Of a DNA stretch of 39,839 bases, positions 17,001 through 26,590 are shown in pieces. Each line of letters starts with the position of its first letter. The stretch's first letter is position 1. Source of the stretch: a virus (Duplodnaviria > Caudoviricetes); IMG/VR virus record IMGVR_UViG_3300029825_000021, positions 1 to 39,839 of that record; one strand, written 5' to 3'. The notes beneath the pieces were generated by a model. It saw only the letters and a list, made by a program, of their open reading frames with translations, ran no database searches and was not told the DNA's origin. Position numbers and translations under genes: made by a program.

Positions 17001-17630
17001 TGCGCCCCCCTGATTGACATAAGCACATTTGAGATCGCGCAAGCCGCCATTGCAGAACGTGCCCAGCGAAATAGCCACATAAGGACGGATAGAGTATACC
17101 TTTTCACCAGCCTAGTATATTGTGCGGAATGCGGCAACCGGCTTTGCGCTCATACCGTGGATAGCAAATATATATACTACCGCTGCTCTCGATATGATAA
17201 GCTGCATCTATGCACCCATAAAAAGCGCACCAGTGAACTAATGCTAGAGGAATGGCTGTTAGAAAATATATTGTCTCAATTCAGAAAATTCAACGCGCAA
17301 ACAGAGAAAGCCAGGAATGCCCGGCCAGAGTTTGACGCGCCAAAAATAAAGCGGAAGATGGAGAAGCTGAAAGACTTGTACCTAAATGATCTGATTGATC
17401 GGGTGGCATATGAAACGGACTATACCGCACTTCGTGATGAATTGGCGGGGGATAACGATATCCAGCCGCCCCAGCCCGTTGATTTATCCGCGGTGCGCGA
17501 TGCACTAAGCGAATACAAGCTGTTTACAAGAGAAGAACAAAAGGAATTTTGGAGCCGAACGGTCAAAAAGATCATCATCACAAATGACGAGACTATTTCT
17601 GTTATCCCGGTTTCACCATATAAACACTAG
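17001..17630 (+). pseudogene. C-terminal half of a large serine integrase (end of recombinase domain, zinc ribbon, coiled coil)
   Basis: CAPLID..TFE.AQ...YLFTSLVYCAECG...YYRC...C...LKDLYL..LI...Y...VKKIII; no catalytic YxRxS domain and no RBS/start. Confidence 0.85.
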
Positions 17631-17653
17631 CCGACGGGCTAATTGCAATATGG
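17616..17653. other. Candidate attP site
   Basis: Imperfect palindrome CCATAT-6-TAGCC-GACG-GGCTA-6-ATATGG over the integrase stop codon. Confidence 0.55.
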
Positions 17654-17667
17654 CTAACTAAAAAGCA

Positions 17668-17700
17668 TAAAAAAAGAAGGGGCCAAACGGCCCCCCTTTC
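17668..17700. terminator. Bidirectional terminator between integrase and holin
   Basis: A7-GAAGGGGCC-AAAC-GGCCCC-CCTTTC between convergent genes. Confidence 0.7.
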
Positions 17701-17714
17701 ATTATATATAATAG

Positions 17715-17978
17715 TTACTCTTTCGTCACCGCATCAAACCCGCCGTTAGCCGCGAGGGATACGATGACCGCATTAAATAGGCACAGCGCCCCGTCAGCCA
17801 GCGTGAGAGCGTTGTTAAAGGCGGCGGCAAGCAAGAGCACCACCAGCGCGATAACATAGCTCACGATGCGCGTGGGAATGGATTTCAGCCACTCCTTAAC
17901 AAGCTGGGTGATAAGGGTGGTAGCCAGTACCGCCCCCGCATAGGTGCCCAGCATGGCCCAAGTGAAAAATTCCTGCAT
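17715..17978 (-). CDS. Holin
   Basis: Three TM segments; EFFTW..L.TYAGA...TQ..K; last gene of the lysis cassette. Confidence 0.8.
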   Translation of the reverse strand: MQEFFTWAMLGTYAGAVLATTLITQLVKEWLKSIPTRIVSYVIALVVLLLAAAFNNALTLADGALCLFNAVIVSLAANGGFDAVTKE

Positions 17979-17992
17979 GATAATTTCCTCCT

Positions 17993-18211
17993 TTATATTT
18001 TGTCCGCAAGTTCATCCAGCCTGTGGTGGGCACTTTTTACGCTACCCTCCACCGCCACCATCCGTTCTACAAGGTGGTTATGCTTATCCACCTTGCCTTC
18101 GAGTTGAAGAAGCCGAAATTCCACCAGCTTGTTGGCCTGCCGAACTCCCATCCAGGAGCCGCCCAGCGTGCCCAACAGGGCGAGAATGGCCACAACAATG
18201 GTCTCTGTCAT
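17993..18211 (-). CDS. Small membrane protein of the lysis cassette (XhlA/holin-like)
   Basis: N-terminal TM, then LE.KVDKHN.LVERM..VE...KSAHHRLD. Confidence 0.7.
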   Translation of the reverse strand: MTETIVVAILALLGTLGGSWMGVRQANKLVEFRLLQLEGKVDKHNHLVERMVAVEGSVKSAHHRLDELADKI

Positions 18212-18227
18212 ACGCTATCCCCCGCTT

Positions 18228-18965
18228 TTACTTGATCGCGTCCCCGCGATAAACCACGCCGCCAACCTCTATGGTTACGGTCAAACCCTCCGGCAGGGCC
18301 GGGCTGTGCGCCAAGACCATTGCATCATGCGCCGCTTGGGACTTAGGCCCCCATATGCCATCCACTTTGCCGCAATCGTACCCAGCGGCATTTAGTGCGG
18401 TCTGCATGGCTTCATATGCCGGGCCGCGCTGATAGGGACTTGTGAGTTCAAATACCATGGGCTTGTCCTCCTGTACATATTTCACATCCCGCAAGCGGCC
18501 CCAATGGGTAAAGTTACGGGATTTAAGTTCGGTTCTTACGGCCCCGTAGTCCGTGCCGCGAAACTCCAACACGTTGCCGTTGCCCTCGTAAATGCCGATG
18601 TGCCCATCGCGCCATACGCAGAGGCCGGGGATTTCGGGGATGGTGGATATATCGCCTTTTTCTGGGCATCGGCTATAGAAGGTGTTTGCGCTTTGGTCTT
18701 GGTATGCGGGGTCAAGCGTACGGTGCGCTCCCACAATGCCGCCCGAACAATCCGCCGCCATTCTCCCGATCCATTTTGCGCAGTCCTGTAGCCAATAGGT
18801 GGCCGGATTGCGGTGCTTACTGGTTTTGCGCTTGGCATCGTGATACTTTTGCGCAAGGGCCTGCGTGTAAATCTCGCCGTTCAGCGACCACACATAACCC
18901 CAGCTCTCGGCCACGGCCCGCTGGAAGTAGGCCACCAATTGGGCAGAAGTGATTACCTTATCCAT
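18228..18965 (-). CDS. Endolysin: NlpC/P60-CHAP-type peptidase + peptidoglycan-binding domain
   Basis: GYVW; ADCSG; GHIGIY; Q.ALN..GYD.GKVDGIWGPKS. Confidence 0.85.
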   Translation of the reverse strand: MDKVITSAQLVAYFQRAVAESWGYVWSLNGEIYTQALAQKYHDAKRKTSKHRNPATYWLQDCAKWIGRMAADCSGGIVGAHRTLDPAYQDQSANTFYSRCPEKGDISTIPEIPGLCVWRDGHIGIYEGNGNVLEFRGTDYGAVRTELKSRNFTHWGRLRDVKYVQEDKPMVFELTSPYQRGPAYEAMQTALNAAGYDCGKVDGIWGPKSQAAHDAMVLAHSPALPEGLTVTIEVGGVVYRGDAIK

Positions 18966-19893
18966 ACAGCACCCCCAGCGTCTTTTTCCCGGCTATGCCG
19001 TCCACGGTCAGCCCCTTGGCCTTTTGGAACGCTTCCACGGCCCGCTTCGTGGCGCTGCCAAAGTCACCATCCGCTCCGTATTTGCCCAAGTCGTAGCCAA
19101 GGTTGATAAGGGCCTCTTGGAGCTGCTTTACATCCTCGCCCTTCATGCCTTTGCGCAGGGTGCGGACGATTACGCTTTCCTTTTCGCTGCCATCATCCTT
19201 TTTAGCATCTTTGAAATCCAATACCAGCACATCGTTTAGCCGCAGAATATCCGCGCCCGGAACATAGCAAAAGCCCTTTTTGCCGAATGACTTACCCCAC
19301 GATTGGGCGCAATAGAACATGGAACCATCGTAGTCGCAGACTGCCATTTCGTGGTATCCGTAGGTTGGCGTGCGCATGCGGTAAAGGCCGTTCTTGTCGG
19401 TCTTAAAACTCTCGCACGCACCACAAAAGATAACGCCATGCCCAGCAATCAGGCCGGTCTTTATGTCCGCCTCGCTGTATGCCCGGCCGTATGCTTCCAG
19501 CTTGTTTTCGGCCGCCAGCAGCCGTAAGGTGGCCTCCCGGGCCCTAACGTGTTGCTGCGCAGACATAACCTCAAATTCGTATGGATAATCAGCCAGCAGC
19601 ACGTTTCCGCGTTTAAGCATTGTGTCTGCAACTTCTCTGGAATAGCGCCCCTCGCCTTGGTAATGTTCAGGCTCCCGCTCTCCGTACAGATACCCCTTGG
19701 AGAATCGCTTTCCCGTACACATTTCGTAGGCGTAGCTTGATGCCCAGTTTGTGCAGCTTTGAGCAGACTGCTTTCCGATTATTGGATATCGGCTGCGTTT
19801 CCATCGTTCCGGCAACGCCCCCGGCGCTTGCGCCTTTATCGAGTAATCCCGCGCATCAGGCGGGGAAGGGATTGCGCCGCGTTTGTATTGCAT
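18958..19893 (-). CDS. Papain-like (C1) cysteine peptidase + peptidoglycan-binding domain
   Basis: D.RDY; Q...SCT.WA (Cys); HEM...YD (His); QSWG..FG..G; LRKGMKGEDVKQLQ..L..LGY...DGDFG..T..AV..FQ...GL.VDGIAG. Confidence 0.8.
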   Translation of the reverse strand: MQYKRGAIPSPPDARDYSIKAQAPGALPERWKRSRYPIIGKQSAQSCTNWASSYAYEMCTGKRFSKGYLYGEREPEHYQGEGRYSREVADTMLKRGNVLLADYPYEFEVMSAQQHVRAREATLRLLAAENKLEAYGRAYSEADIKTGLIAGHGVIFCGACESFKTDKNGLYRMRTPTYGYHEMAVCDYDGSMFYCAQSWGKSFGKKGFCYVPGADILRLNDVLVLDFKDAKKDDGSEKESVIVRTLRKGMKGEDVKQLQEALINLGYDLGKYGADGDFGSATKRAVEAFQKAKGLTVDGIAGKKTLGVLYG

Positions 19894-19938
19894 GTCTGAT
19901 CTCCTTTCTGCATTAAAAAAGAGCCTTTCGGATCCACA

Positions 19939-20142
19939 TCAAACGGTATTGGGTTCTTCCGGATATACGACATCTTCCGATTCATTAAAATTCTGCGGTA
20001 TATCCCTAAGCGCTTGCCTATAAGTCGCCCATGATTGCTTTTGCTCATCCGTTAATTGAGCATCGGGTAATTGTGTCCAATCGCTTTGCGCCAGCAATAA
20101 GTTTCTTTTTCCTCTTGCCCCTATCCATGTTTCATATTGCAT
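19939..20142 (-). CDS. Tail fibre assembly chaperone
   Basis: RN.LL..SDWTQLPD..L...W..YRQALRDIPQ. Confidence 0.85.
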   Translation of the reverse strand: MQYETWIGARGKRNLLLAQSDWTQLPDAQLTDEQKQSWATYRQALRDIPQNFNESEDVVYPEEPNTV

Positions 20143-20144
20143 AT

Positions 20145-20987
20145 TTACACCTCCTGAATTGCCTTCCATGCGGACCATTCTGTTGCGGATGTCGCGTAGC
20201 GCCGATACATCACTTGTGCGCTTGTTCCGGTGAATATCTGCCAACAGTATCTGTAGCTGTTAGCCTGGTTTTTGTAACCATATATGCCACCGTAGCGTGC
20301 AGGATAGCCGGTTTTGTCGTCTATGAATCCTACGTAAACAGATGGATTGGGGACGAGACCCAAATCAGCCTCCGGGCTAGTAGAATTAGGCAGATTTAGA
20401 TCAATCGCGTTCAGTGTATTGTTGACTGGAACCCCGCCCGGAGAAAGCTGAAAGAATGTACCCGTTTTTATATGTCCGAATTGTGTATTAGATGCGGGTA
20501 GCGTTTCATGTGTTGTTATCCGCACATCCAAACTTTCTAATTGCTCATTCACGTCAGCGTGGATATGATCTACCGCTGAAAAGTCCTCACCCGGCACCCC
20601 CTCGCGCACAAGTCCAGCTTCGCCTACCAGTACGCCGGATAGGGGTGTCGCTGTGGCGGTGGTTATTTCGTTCGGGCCGGGCACGCCTTGCAGATTGCCT
20701 GCGGGTATCCAGTCGGCTTGATCTACGTCCCATACGTACAATTCGGGTTGCGAGCCAACGCCGACAAGATAAGCCTGCCCCGCCTCACCGGCTGGGTGGG
20801 CTGCTGCAAGTAGTTCGTATGTATCGTATCTCCCACGCGGGGGCGCTAGGGCCGCACGGATGTTTTTCACCTCTTCCAGCGCATCGTTGGTGCGCTTACA
20901 ATCTTCGTTCCAATCCGGCATGCCGGGACTGTCCCCTGATACAAACTGGCTCAACCCCCACGGGACTGTTTTGTTTGTACTTGGCAT
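20145..20987 (-). CDS. Tail fibre / receptor-binding protein with C-terminal knob-like domain
   Basis: T..GLSQF N-terminus, G..QG.PGP linker, AS..QFGHIK, ...Y.R....WSAWK end; followed by a chaperone gene. Confidence 0.8.
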   Translation of the reverse strand: MPSTNKTVPWGLSQFVSGDSPGMPDWNEDCKRTNDALEEVKNIRAALAPPRGRYDTYELLAAAHPAGEAGQAYLVGVGSQPELYVWDVDQADWIPAGNLQGVPGPNEITTATATPLSGVLVGEAGLVREGVPGEDFSAVDHIHADVNEQLESLDVRITTHETLPASNTQFGHIKTGTFFQLSPGGVPVNNTLNAIDLNLPNSTSPEADLGLVPNPSVYVGFIDDKTGYPARYGGIYGYKNQANSYRYCWQIFTGTSAQVMYRRYATSATEWSAWKAIQEV

Positions 20988-21239
20988 TTACACTACCCTC
21001 CCCAGCACCACAAAGGTGCTACTGATTTTTGCTATGAGTACCCGGTGCCCAACAGCCGGGGCATAGGATGCAAGGCACTTTAGAGATATGGCCCGCGGTA
21101 TTTTTTCGATCTGCGCATATAGACCGTTGGTTGTTGAGGTTATCACGCCCATGGCAAACGCGCCGGGCGTAGCCTGCATGGCCTCTTGTATTGCCCGCTC
21201 CATGTCTTCCGGCTGCTGCAAAAAAGGGTTATAACTCAC
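20988..21239 (-). CDS. Small tail tip protein
   Basis: LASY.P.VG.RVL......TFVVLG.V. Confidence 0.7.
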   Translation of the reverse strand: MSYNPFLQQPEDMERAIQEAMQATPGAFAMGVITSTTNGLYAQIEKIPRAISLKCLASYAPAVGHRVLIAKISSTFVVLGRVV

Positions 21240-22471
21240 ATGATCACCGTCCTTTTTGCGATGTGCTCCATGTCCTTATCGGCGTCGAGGTATATTGTCC
21301 AGCCAACTTCCCGATACACCCCGGATGCGTCCGGGTGCTGCAACTCCACATCCTCCGCCCGGCCATGCACCGGCATGGGGGTCGTGGAGAACGTTACCGT
21401 TTCACTGGCGGCTAAGCTCCGCTCAAAGGCCATGCGCCGGGCATAAGCATCTAAATCCGATTGGGACGCGATTTGGTCAGGCCGGTATATCTCGCTGATA
21501 ATGCGCCTGCCCCTGCGCACCGTGGATAGCGGGGAAACGGGGTTATCGTTGATATATACGCTCCTGTAGTCCTCATTCAGGTCGGGGTTAGAGCATACCG
21601 CGATAAACACATTGGGCACCTTGTAATAGTCCGTTTCGGTAGCCGTATCTCGCCCGATGATGGATAGCGCATCGGCTCTGTAGGTGATATCCGCTGCCGC
21701 CGCCGTTGGCTCTTGGTACGCCTGTATCACGAAGCGGCCATCCGCATCACAAAAGATGGGATTATAGTTGATTTCGCCCAGGAGGGTGTTGCATACCTCT
21801 TGCTTGGTTTTTCCCACCTCGAACTCACGGTCTGCCGGGATTGCAGTATCTACATAATCCGCGATCATCACGTTTGTAATCCCGGCCCCGGCCAGTACAG
21901 AAAGTACCGCATCAAGGTACTTGGTTCCCGCCGCGACAAAAAGCGGCTCATCCAAGCCGTCCTCCGCAAGAATCTGGGTGCGGTCATACGCCTCAATCTT
22001 CCATGTATCCAATCCGTTCGCGCTGCTTCGCGCGGGTGTGGAAGGGATGAACACGCCCAGCGGAAACTCGGCGTATTGAGGTTTTGATACATCATCTTGC
22101 AATGTAAAACGGCCCAGCGCATCAAATGCCAAGTCGCGTTCATGTAGTTCCGCCCATGTATAGCCTTTGCGGTTAAACTCGTATACCATCGTTGCACGGT
22201 ACACCCCGTCTTCCATGCGCAAAAGCATGTAGGGCTTGATTTCCTCGGTTAGCGGGTCTACTGCACCATACAGATTAAAACTCCCGGCCCGCAGGATTAC
22301 ATCCTCGGTGCTTAGGGTTACGCTCCCCCCGGGGGCCAAAGATACCGCCCTGTCTCTGGCCCCGCCGCGAAGCACATCCGCCCGGTAGCGGATCTCCTGA
22401 GCACCATCCTTTCCGTGCAACGCATCCAAGATTTCTTGATCGCTCCACGGCCCTCTTGCATATCTGCCCAT
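21236..22471 (-). CDS. Tail tip/baseplate hub protein
   Basis: Position in the tail module; PLGVF; IEAYD; N.LL.EINY; VPNVF. Confidence 0.7.
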   Translation of the reverse strand: MGRYARGPWSDQEILDALHGKDGAQEIRYRADVLRGGARDRAVSLAPGGSVTLSTEDVILRAGSFNLYGAVDPLTEEIKPYMLLRMEDGVYRATMVYEFNRKGYTWAELHERDLAFDALGRFTLQDDVSKPQYAEFPLGVFIPSTPARSSANGLDTWKIEAYDRTQILAEDGLDEPLFVAAGTKYLDAVLSVLAGAGITNVMIADYVDTAIPADREFEVGKTKQEVCNTLLGEINYNPIFCDADGRFVIQAYQEPTAAAADITYRADALSIIGRDTATETDYYKVPNVFIAVCSNPDLNEDYRSVYINDNPVSPLSTVRRGRRIISEIYRPDQIASQSDLDAYARRMAFERSLAASETVTFSTTPMPVHGRAEDVELQHPDASGVYREVGWTIYLDADKDMEHIAKRTVIM

Positions 22472-22473
22472 GG

Positions 22474-24651
22474 CTACACCTCGTAATCGATTTGCTCAAT
22501 GTAATCCACCCGCATGATTGCAAGGGCAAACTCATACATATAGTTTTCCTGCGTATGCGTGATCCCGGTGATTACGCCATAATACTTGTTGCCAAGGTTG
22601 TCCCGGTACAAGATAGTGAGCCGCTTATCGATCAATGCTTCTAGCCGCGCAAAGTCTGTGCTGGTTGTGTAATAGAAGGCCGGTGAATACTGTTCGCCTA
22701 CAAATCCGCTGAACCTGTAGACCGGGCGCGTGCGCCCTGCGTAATAATGCGCGCTTCCCATGACATCCTTTTGGCGAGACACTCCGGGCTGGTCGTTTTT
22801 CTTCATATGCATCTGTACGATTTCAGTCAACGCATCCACCGCCGCCATCATTACGCAAGGCACGGCTACGGTAACGCCCACAGGGTCGCTATCGGTGTAG
22901 TTGTCGCTTGCATCCACCGCCCGCAGAACATAAACGGTGCTACCCAGCGCCGCATAGTCTGTATATTCGGTTTTGCCCGTTACATTGGCGATTGGCACGC
23001 CGCCCCGCAAGAGGTATATCTTTGCCGCATCCAGCGCGGAAAAGACCAGGAGCGCCGCAGCCGTGGCCGCCTGGGCCGTAATCGTGGGCTTGGCCGGGCC
23101 GGTAACATCAATGGTAAAATCCTGCTCCGCCCAATTCGACCAAAGCATAGAAGCGTTGACGATGCGCACCCTTGCCTTATAATCCCCGTTGGCAAGGTAT
23201 GTGGGCACCTTGCGCGTTTGTGCAGCTCCGGCTGTTTCGAGGCTATCCCACGCGACGGCATCGCCCTGCGTGATTTGCATGTGGTAGCCTTGTTGTCCAG
23301 CCGCAGACCACAGAACAATAGGCCGCGAGGTATTTGCAACATCCATGATAAGCGGCGCTGCGGGCGTGCCTACCGCCATAAATGCGGCAGGATCTGACCA
23401 TTCGCCCATATATCCGTCTTGGTTATACGTGCGCACGCGCCATTGATATGCGCCGGGCGTAAGCGTATCGGCGGGAACAGTTACGCTTTGGCCTGGGCCT
23501 TCTACCGTTATAAGGGGCTGCCATTCGCCGCCCGGTGTCTTGTATTGCACATCGGCTTTGCCCTGCGGCGTATGCGATGCAATATTATGTGTCCATGAAA
23601 ATTCCACATCGCTGTTTGCGTACACATATGCATCGTTTGGGCTTAGACCGCTCGGCTTAGATGGCAATATGTCGGCATCTGTTGCAAACCCTTTGATGTA
23701 CGGCGAGGCTGGCAACCCCACCGCCAAGACCGCCCCATCGGGAGAAAATTTGCAATTGCTTATCGCGCTTAGCCCTAATTGCTCTATGCCGAAACTCTCC
23801 GTGCTTATGTTGGTGCCTTCCCGGTTGTGAATTTCAAGCCCTCGCACCCCATAAGTAGTATTGTTCAAAATATTTCTTGCAAAATATCGTCCATCCCCGG
23901 AAAACGAGAGCCTTCCTGATGCCCGTTCAAGCGTTTTAGAATGCAAAAATGAATCGCCGCTGCGCAGATACAGCCTTGTTTCTGCGGTAGTCGTTCCTAC
24001 CCATACGCCGGTAGCAAGCATCTCTGCCCCGGCTGGCATATCTACCGCCCAACTATATAGGTCGTTCACTTGTGCAGGCGTTGGTAGCCGTGAAAAACTG
24101 TCCCCGCTCCGCTTGTACGCGGCAGCACCCTTAGATGTTGTCACGGCCAAATATGTACCGTCAAGGCTAAACGAACAATCACCCTGCCCATAACTATCCA
24201 TCGTCAGATTAGCTATCTGCGCAAATGTCTCACCGCTACGTTTATAAACAAACAGGCCCGGCCAGTCGGTTGCAACTGCTAAATAGATACCATCGCCCGA
24301 AAAAGCGCACCCACCACCAAGTCGCGGCTGCCCGTTTGGCGCGCCAGTCGGATCATCCAGCTTTGTGAAACTATCGCCGTTGCGCTTAAAAATGCTGATA
24401 TATGGCAGGGCATCCGCATGAGTTACAACTAAGTAGTTCCCGCTTGCAGAAAACGCACAACCCCTGCTAGTAGCTGGCAGCCCGCTTATCGGTGGCATTA
24501 TGCTGAAGCTATCTCCACTTCTCTTGTATATCAGAACCGATGGCGCACCATCCTGCGCAACAGCAAAATAAAGACCATCATCTGAAAACGAAAAATTGTT
24601 TGCATATCCTGTCGGCAGCGAATCAAAAGTGCATTCTCTCCAAAAAGCCAT
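22474..24651 (-). CDS. Tail protein: 7-bladed beta-propeller + FN3/Ig-like domains + distal-tail-like C-terminus
   Basis: Seven FSxDGxYLAV-like repeats; YQWRVRTYN...GEWS; ATG at 24651 after AGGAGG. Confidence 0.8.
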   Translation of the reverse strand: MAFWRECTFDSLPTGYANNFSFSDDGLYFAVAQDGAPSVLIYKRSGDSFSIMPPISGLPATSRGCAFSASGNYLVVTHADALPYISIFKRNGDSFTKLDDPTGAPNGQPRLGGGCAFSGDGIYLAVATDWPGLFVYKRSGETFAQIANLTMDSYGQGDCSFSLDGTYLAVTTSKGAAAYKRSGDSFSRLPTPAQVNDLYSWAVDMPAGAEMLATGVWVGTTTAETRLYLRSGDSFLHSKTLERASGRLSFSGDGRYFARNILNNTTYGVRGLEIHNREGTNISTESFGIEQLGLSAISNCKFSPDGAVLAVGLPASPYIKGFATDADILPSKPSGLSPNDAYVYANSDVEFSWTHNIASHTPQGKADVQYKTPGGEWQPLITVEGPGQSVTVPADTLTPGAYQWRVRTYNQDGYMGEWSDPAAFMAVGTPAAPLIMDVANTSRPIVLWSAAGQQGYHMQITQGDAVAWDSLETAGAAQTRKVPTYLANGDYKARVRIVNASMLWSNWAEQDFTIDVTGPAKPTITAQAATAAALLVFSALDAAKIYLLRGGVPIANVTGKTEYTDYAALGSTVYVLRAVDASDNYTDSDPVGVTVAVPCVMMAAVDALTEIVQMHMKKNDQPGVSRQKDVMGSAHYYAGRTRPVYRFSGFVGEQYSPAFYYTTSTDFARLEALIDKRLTILYRDNLGNKYYGVITGITHTQENYMYEFALAIMRVDYIEQIDYEV

Positions 24652-24655
24652 CCCC

Positions 24656-26587
24656 TTACCTCCTTCTGCTGCTCTGGCGGGCGCTGTCAGCATATTCTAA
24701 TAATTTCAGTATCCGCAGATAGTCAGCACTATTAGGATATACGTTAATCGTACCGATGCTTTGTGTACTAGACAATCCCCCCGTGTCGGGCATGGATGAA
24801 AGCATGCGTGCAGTAACATCAGCGGGAAAGATGCGCGTACTGGTTGGCAGGTCTACGAGCTCCGGCCCTTCTTCACCAACCAAAGTGCTCCCGCCACGCC
24901 AGAATGATGTGCCGCGTGCGTTTTTAGGCACAGAGGATACGCTTACTATCTTTCTTCCGCTTGCATCGATACGCGTGCCGGTCACCGCATGGTTTGATAC
25001 CCCCGCCGTAACCCCGGCCTGTGCCGTTGCGCCATCGCTTGTAAATGGGGATTTAATCATGTTGAGATATGTTTTAAAGTCCCCGCCTTTACCAAGCAGC
25101 CACTTAATGCCCTCGATAATTAGCCCTATCAATCCCACAACGATGGATAGCGCATCCGCAATCAAGCCCAATGCGATTGCAAGCGGCCCTTCAAGCTGAC
25201 TGATCAATGGGCTAAGTAGGTCAAGGAGCATCGTAATAAGCACTACGGCAGAATCAATGATGGGCATAATAGCGTCCACCAGGGCAAGCAATGGCGGCAG
25301 GAGCGCCCTTACAAGATCCATGATCGGCGGCAATAGCTTATTAATCAGATCAACCAATATAGGCAAAATACCGATTAACGCATCGCCTATTACGCTTGCG
25401 ATATCGCCCAGCGACTTCCCGAACTCTTCAAGCGCGCCAGATTCCTCCATAGCCTTAAACATGCCTGACACGCCATCAAGCACGCCAGATAACGCAGGGC
25501 GCATCTGGTCGTAAAGACTAATAGCAATGGCAGAAACCTGGGTTTTCAGCATTGCCCAGCGGGATTCTAGCGTTGCATAACGCTGCTCTGCCTCGGTGGT
25601 GAGGGCTGTATTTTCTTCCCACGCTTGGTTTGCCATGCCTAGCGATTCTATAAGCAGATCCCCAGCGCCGGACGCACGCAACAGCGCATCCCGCATCCTG
25701 ATTTCCCTGATTCCTAAATCCTCTAGGGTGAGGATCGCGCTGCCGCCCTTTTCCTCCATGCGGCCAAGACCGGCAACAAACGATGCAACGGCCCCCGCTG
25801 CGTCTGTCTGGAACGCTTGCGCGAATTGTTGCGCACTCATCCCGGCAACATCGGCAAACTTTTCTAAGTCCTCATTGCCGGTTTGGACTGCAATATTAAT
25901 GTCAGTAATGACCTTGCTAAATGCAGACCCGCCCGCCTCGGCTTCAATGCCTACAGATGACAGCGCCGCCGCAATGCCCATGATATCCGATTCGGACATG
26001 TTGGCTTGTTTGCCCGCACCAGCCAGCCGCATACCCATTGCAACGATTTCGGCTTCCGTCGTGGCGAAGTTATTGCCCAGCGCAACGATTGTACTGCCAA
26101 GCTTGTCAAACTCCGTTTGCGGCATTTGCATGATGTTTGCGAATCGGGCAAGCTGTGTCGCTGCTTCCTCGGCGGTAAGGTTCGTAGCCTCGCCAAGATC
26201 AATCATGGCGCGGGTAAACCCTAAGATATTATCGGTTTCAATGCCTAACTGCCCAGCCGCTTCCGCAACACCTGCAATTTCCGATGCAGACGCAGGGAGC
26301 ACGGTAGACATATCAAGGATGCCTTCGCGCAGCTTTGCAAGCTGCTCGTCCGTAGCGTCAACCGTCTTTATAACGCCTGCGAATGCGCTCTCAAAGTCCG
26401 CGCCGATTTTTACAATGGCGGTTCCTGCCGCAACAGCCGCCGCTCCAATCGCGGCAGCCGCTTTGATTCCGATAGAGCCAAGCTTAGACCCCAGCCCCTT
26501 TACCTTGCCCTCCGCTTCTTGGTTGGCCTGGTCTATGCCGGATGTGTCACCGACATACTTAAATACAACTTTTCCGTCCTCGGCCAT
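24656..26587 (-). CDS. Tail tape measure protein
   Basis: FESAFAGV.KTVD; AGQLGI; LGNNFATTE.EI; amphipathic repeats; A.GT...GG...VGEEGPELV.LP. Confidence 0.92.
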   Translation of the reverse strand: MAEDGKVVFKYVGDTSGIDQANQEAEGKVKGLGSKLGSIGIKAAAAIGAAAVAAGTAIVKIGADFESAFAGVIKTVDATDEQLAKLREGILDMSTVLPASASEIAGVAEAAGQLGIETDNILGFTRAMIDLGEATNLTAEEAATQLARFANIMQMPQTEFDKLGSTIVALGNNFATTEAEIVAMGMRLAGAGKQANMSESDIMGIAAALSSVGIEAEAGGSAFSKVITDINIAVQTGNEDLEKFADVAGMSAQQFAQAFQTDAAGAVASFVAGLGRMEEKGGSAILTLEDLGIREIRMRDALLRASGAGDLLIESLGMANQAWEENTALTTEAEQRYATLESRWAMLKTQVSAIAISLYDQMRPALSGVLDGVSGMFKAMEESGALEEFGKSLGDIASVIGDALIGILPILVDLINKLLPPIMDLVRALLPPLLALVDAIMPIIDSAVVLITMLLDLLSPLISQLEGPLAIALGLIADALSIVVGLIGLIIEGIKWLLGKGGDFKTYLNMIKSPFTSDGATAQAGVTAGVSNHAVTGTRIDASGRKIVSVSSVPKNARGTSFWRGGSTLVGEEGPELVDLPTSTRIFPADVTARMLSSMPDTGGLSSTQSIGTINVYPNSADYLRILKLLEYADSARQSSRRR

Positions 26588-26590
26588 GCT

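Noticed and set aside
16830-17630. 266-aa ORF as an intact integrase
   Set aside because: Its first ~57 codons are the antisense of cro plus promoter DNA, with no RBS and no catalytic serine domain.
19939-24651. Diversity-generating retroelement or invertible tail cassette
   Set aside because: No reverse transcriptase or invertase, and no duplicated template/variable repeat noticed by eye.
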